A stretch of DNA of 34,192 bases from an uncultured Oscillospiraceae bacterium. GTDB taxonomy: Bacteria; Bacillota; Clostridia; Oscillospirales; Oscillospiraceae. The translations under genes and the position numbers were made by a program. The notes under the pieces are model-generated. The model saw only the letters and a list, made by a program, of their open reading frames with translations, was not told the DNA's origin and made no database searches. This document shows, in pieces, positions 32,805 through 34,192 of this stretch. The stretch spans positions 1-34,192 of the forward strand of contig CAYRPD010000004.1 of assembly GCA_964426095.1 (NCBI GenBank). Reading direction: 5' to 3'. Numbering within the stretch: the first letter of the stretch is position 1; every line of letters begins with the position of its first letter.

Positions 32805-34192
32805 ATGTTGGAGCTTTATATAACCGGGCAGAGCTTGAAAATATTTCAGCCGGTAATTGCGGCAGACACATTAAAATATCTCAATGCACAAGCACACTTC
32901 ATAGGCGATGAGTGGAAAGACTATACACGCTGGGTGCATTTCCGCAAAGGCGAAACGGTGTATGATGTTGAGCTTGATAGTAAGGACATGATTACCGATG
33001 ACGATGAGCTTAACCTCACTGCCGGTGAGTGGGATGTTTATATGACCGGCACTAAAGATACATCAAGATTAACAACTATAGTCGCGATTATAACCGTGAA
33101 AGAAAGCGGCCTTGTCGATGCGCCGCTCCACGTTGTTCCGCAGTCTGTTGCCGAACAGATAGATTCAAAAGCAAACCTTGCGTTGCAGACGGCAAGGGCT
33201 GTGCAAGCCCTTGCTGAATCTGGTGAACTTGACGGTGCGCAAGGCCCGCAAGGTGAACAGGGAGAGACAGGCCCGCAAGGCCCGCAAGGCATCCAAGGTG
33301 TAGCCGGACCGCAAGGCCCGCAGGGCGTGAAAGGAGACAAGGGCGACAAAGGAGATAAGGGTGATAAGGGGGATGTCGGCGCGCAGGGTGTAAAAGGCGA
33401 TAAAGGAGATAAGGGCGATACCGGCGCGGGCTTCGTTGTAAAAGGCTATTACGGAAGCCCGTCTGCTTTAGAAGCGGCGGTGACATCACCCAACGCTGGC
33501 GATGCCTACGGCGTAGGATTATCTCAGCCCTATGATATTTATATCTACGACAGTGTAACCTCTGCTTGGATAAATAACGGAACACTGCAAGGCGCAAAAG
33601 GTGACCCGGGCGCAAAAGGAGATAAAGGTGACAAAGGCGATGCATTCACCTATGCCGACTTCACTGCCGCCCAGCTCGCTGCGCTGAAAGGTGCAAAGGG
33701 AGACAAAGGCGATAAAGGAGATAAGGGCGATACAGGTGCGCAGGGTGTTCAAGGGCAGCAGGGTGAAACCGGACCGCAAGGCGCGACAGGCGCGCAAGGC
33801 GCAAAGGGTGACGCAGGTGCGCCCGGCGAAGACGGCGCGACCTTTACCCCCAACGTTGACGCAAACGGAAATCTTTCGTGGACGAATGACAAAGGCAAGG
33901 TTAATCCGGCAACGCAGAATATACGCGGCGCGACCGGGGCTAAAGGTGACAAAGGTGATACCGGCAAAAGCGCATTTGATGCCGCGCAGGAAGCGGGCTA
34001 CACCGGCACGGAAGCTACTTTCTATGCAGCAGTCGCGGCGATGCCCTCTCATCATGACCGTCATTTGCCGGACGGCGCAGACCCTATAACGGTGAAATCG
34101 GGGAATATAGAGAACGGAGCTGTTGACACCGATGCGCTTGCCAACGGTGCTGTGACAAGCGCAAAACTGGCGGCGGGGGCAACGCACGATAC
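32805..34192 (+). CDS. collagen-like tail fibre protein (3' end outside the window)
   Basis: ATG 32805 after gaggagag. The frame stays open to the window edge, which presumably explains its absence from the track. Gly-X-Y runs start at 33234-33431 and recur, separated by globular inserts. Confidence 0.8.
   Translation, partial: MLELYITGQSLKIFQPVIAADTLKYLNAQAHFIGDEWKDYTRWVHFRKGETVYDVELDSKDMITDDDELNLTAGEWDVYMTGTKDTSRLTTIVAIITVKESGLVDAPLHVVPQSVAEQIDSKANLALQTARAVQALAESGELDGAQGPQGEQGETGPQGPQGIQGVAGPQGPQGVKGDKGDKGDKGDKGDVGAQGVKGDKGDKGDTGAGFVVKGYYGSPSALEAAVTSPNAGDAYGVGLSQPYDIYIYDSVTSAWINNGTLQGAKGDPGAKGDKGDKGDAFTYADFTAAQLAALKGAKGDKGDKGDKGDTGAQGVQGQQGETGPQGATGAQGAKGDAGAPGEDGATFTPNVDANGNLSWTNDKGKVNPATQNIRGATGAKGDKGDTGKSAFDAAQEAGYTGTEATFYAAVAAMPSHHDRHLPDGADPITVKSGNIENGAVDTDALANGAVTSAKLAAGATHD
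33332..33375 (+). repeat. 9-nt tandem repeat encoding (GDK)n
   Basis: ggagacaag ggcgacaaa ggagataag ggtgataag ggggat. Similar units recur at 33396-33419, 33616-33640 and 33700-33730. Confidence 0.8.

Larger units (their letters stand above)
3488..34192. mobile_element. integrated temperate phage (prophage); right end beyond the window
   Basis: Integrase sits next to the tRNA remnant. It is followed by repressor/switch, early genes, terS, terL, portal, scaffold, capsid and fibre genes in canonical order. Confidence 0.9.

Noticed and set aside
33234-33975. Short tandem repeats considered as a possible CRISPR-like or VNTR array.
   Set aside because: The units are 9 nt, in frame and encode Gly-Asp-Lys. 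There are no spacers or repeat-spacer architecture, so this is a coding collagen repeat.
33038-34187. ORFs 33038..33349, 33088..33645, 33519..34187, 33749..33967 (minus strand) and 33691..34089 (plus strand).
   Set aside because: They are artefacts of the Gly-X-Y codon periodicity of the collagen-like gene (Pro/Cys/Arg-rich nonsense translations).

Overview
This window is a chromosome/prophage junction in a Firmicutes/Clostridia-like genome, judged from GGAGG-type RBSs and coupled ATGA/TAATG gene overlaps; the taxon is an inference.

Host side (1-3.3 kb): alaS, a HIT-family hydrolase gene and a terminator.

Junction: a 28-nt tRNA 3' end remnant (T-arm + acceptor + CCA, minus strand) lies at 3488-3515 and is the probable att core. 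From there to the right edge (>30.7 kb, cut off by the window) the sequence reads as a temperate phage.

Prophage, left to right:
- Tyrosine integrase.
- Lysogeny/accessory block: a frameshifted HTH-transmembrane gene, a convergent micro-ORF/sRNA cassette, and a BECR-type nuclease-like gene behind a terminator-containing leader.
- cI-like repressor, back-to-back switch promoters, and a membrane-protein + lipoprotein moron.
- An ORF-free ~320-nt segment with nested helices.
- An early operon of mostly small Cys-rich proteins, with a VRR-NUC nuclease and an HUH-like protein.
- A terminator/late-promoter unit, then terS, terL, portal, a Prp-type cysteine protease, a Thr-rich protein and a 3,060-aa multi-domain giant protein.
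- A second copy of the terminator/late-promoter unit, then scaffold, major capsid, connector-like and tail-like proteins.
- A collagen-like fibre gene that runs off the window.

I saw no rRNA, intact tRNA, CRISPR array or transposase.

Most interesting observations:
1. A prophage lipoprotein shares a ~23-aa motif with the duplicated N-terminus of the giant virion protein.
2. A phage-encoded Prp protease sits with ribosomal-L27-like N-terminal leaders on both scaffold and capsid.
3. The toxin-like lysogeny block carries a convergent small-gene cassette and a leader-attenuated nuclease-like gene.
4. A 52-nt late-promoter element is duplicated.
5. There is an unassigned structured-RNA candidate at 8378-8700.

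All functional calls rest on motif recognition by eye; no database searches were run.
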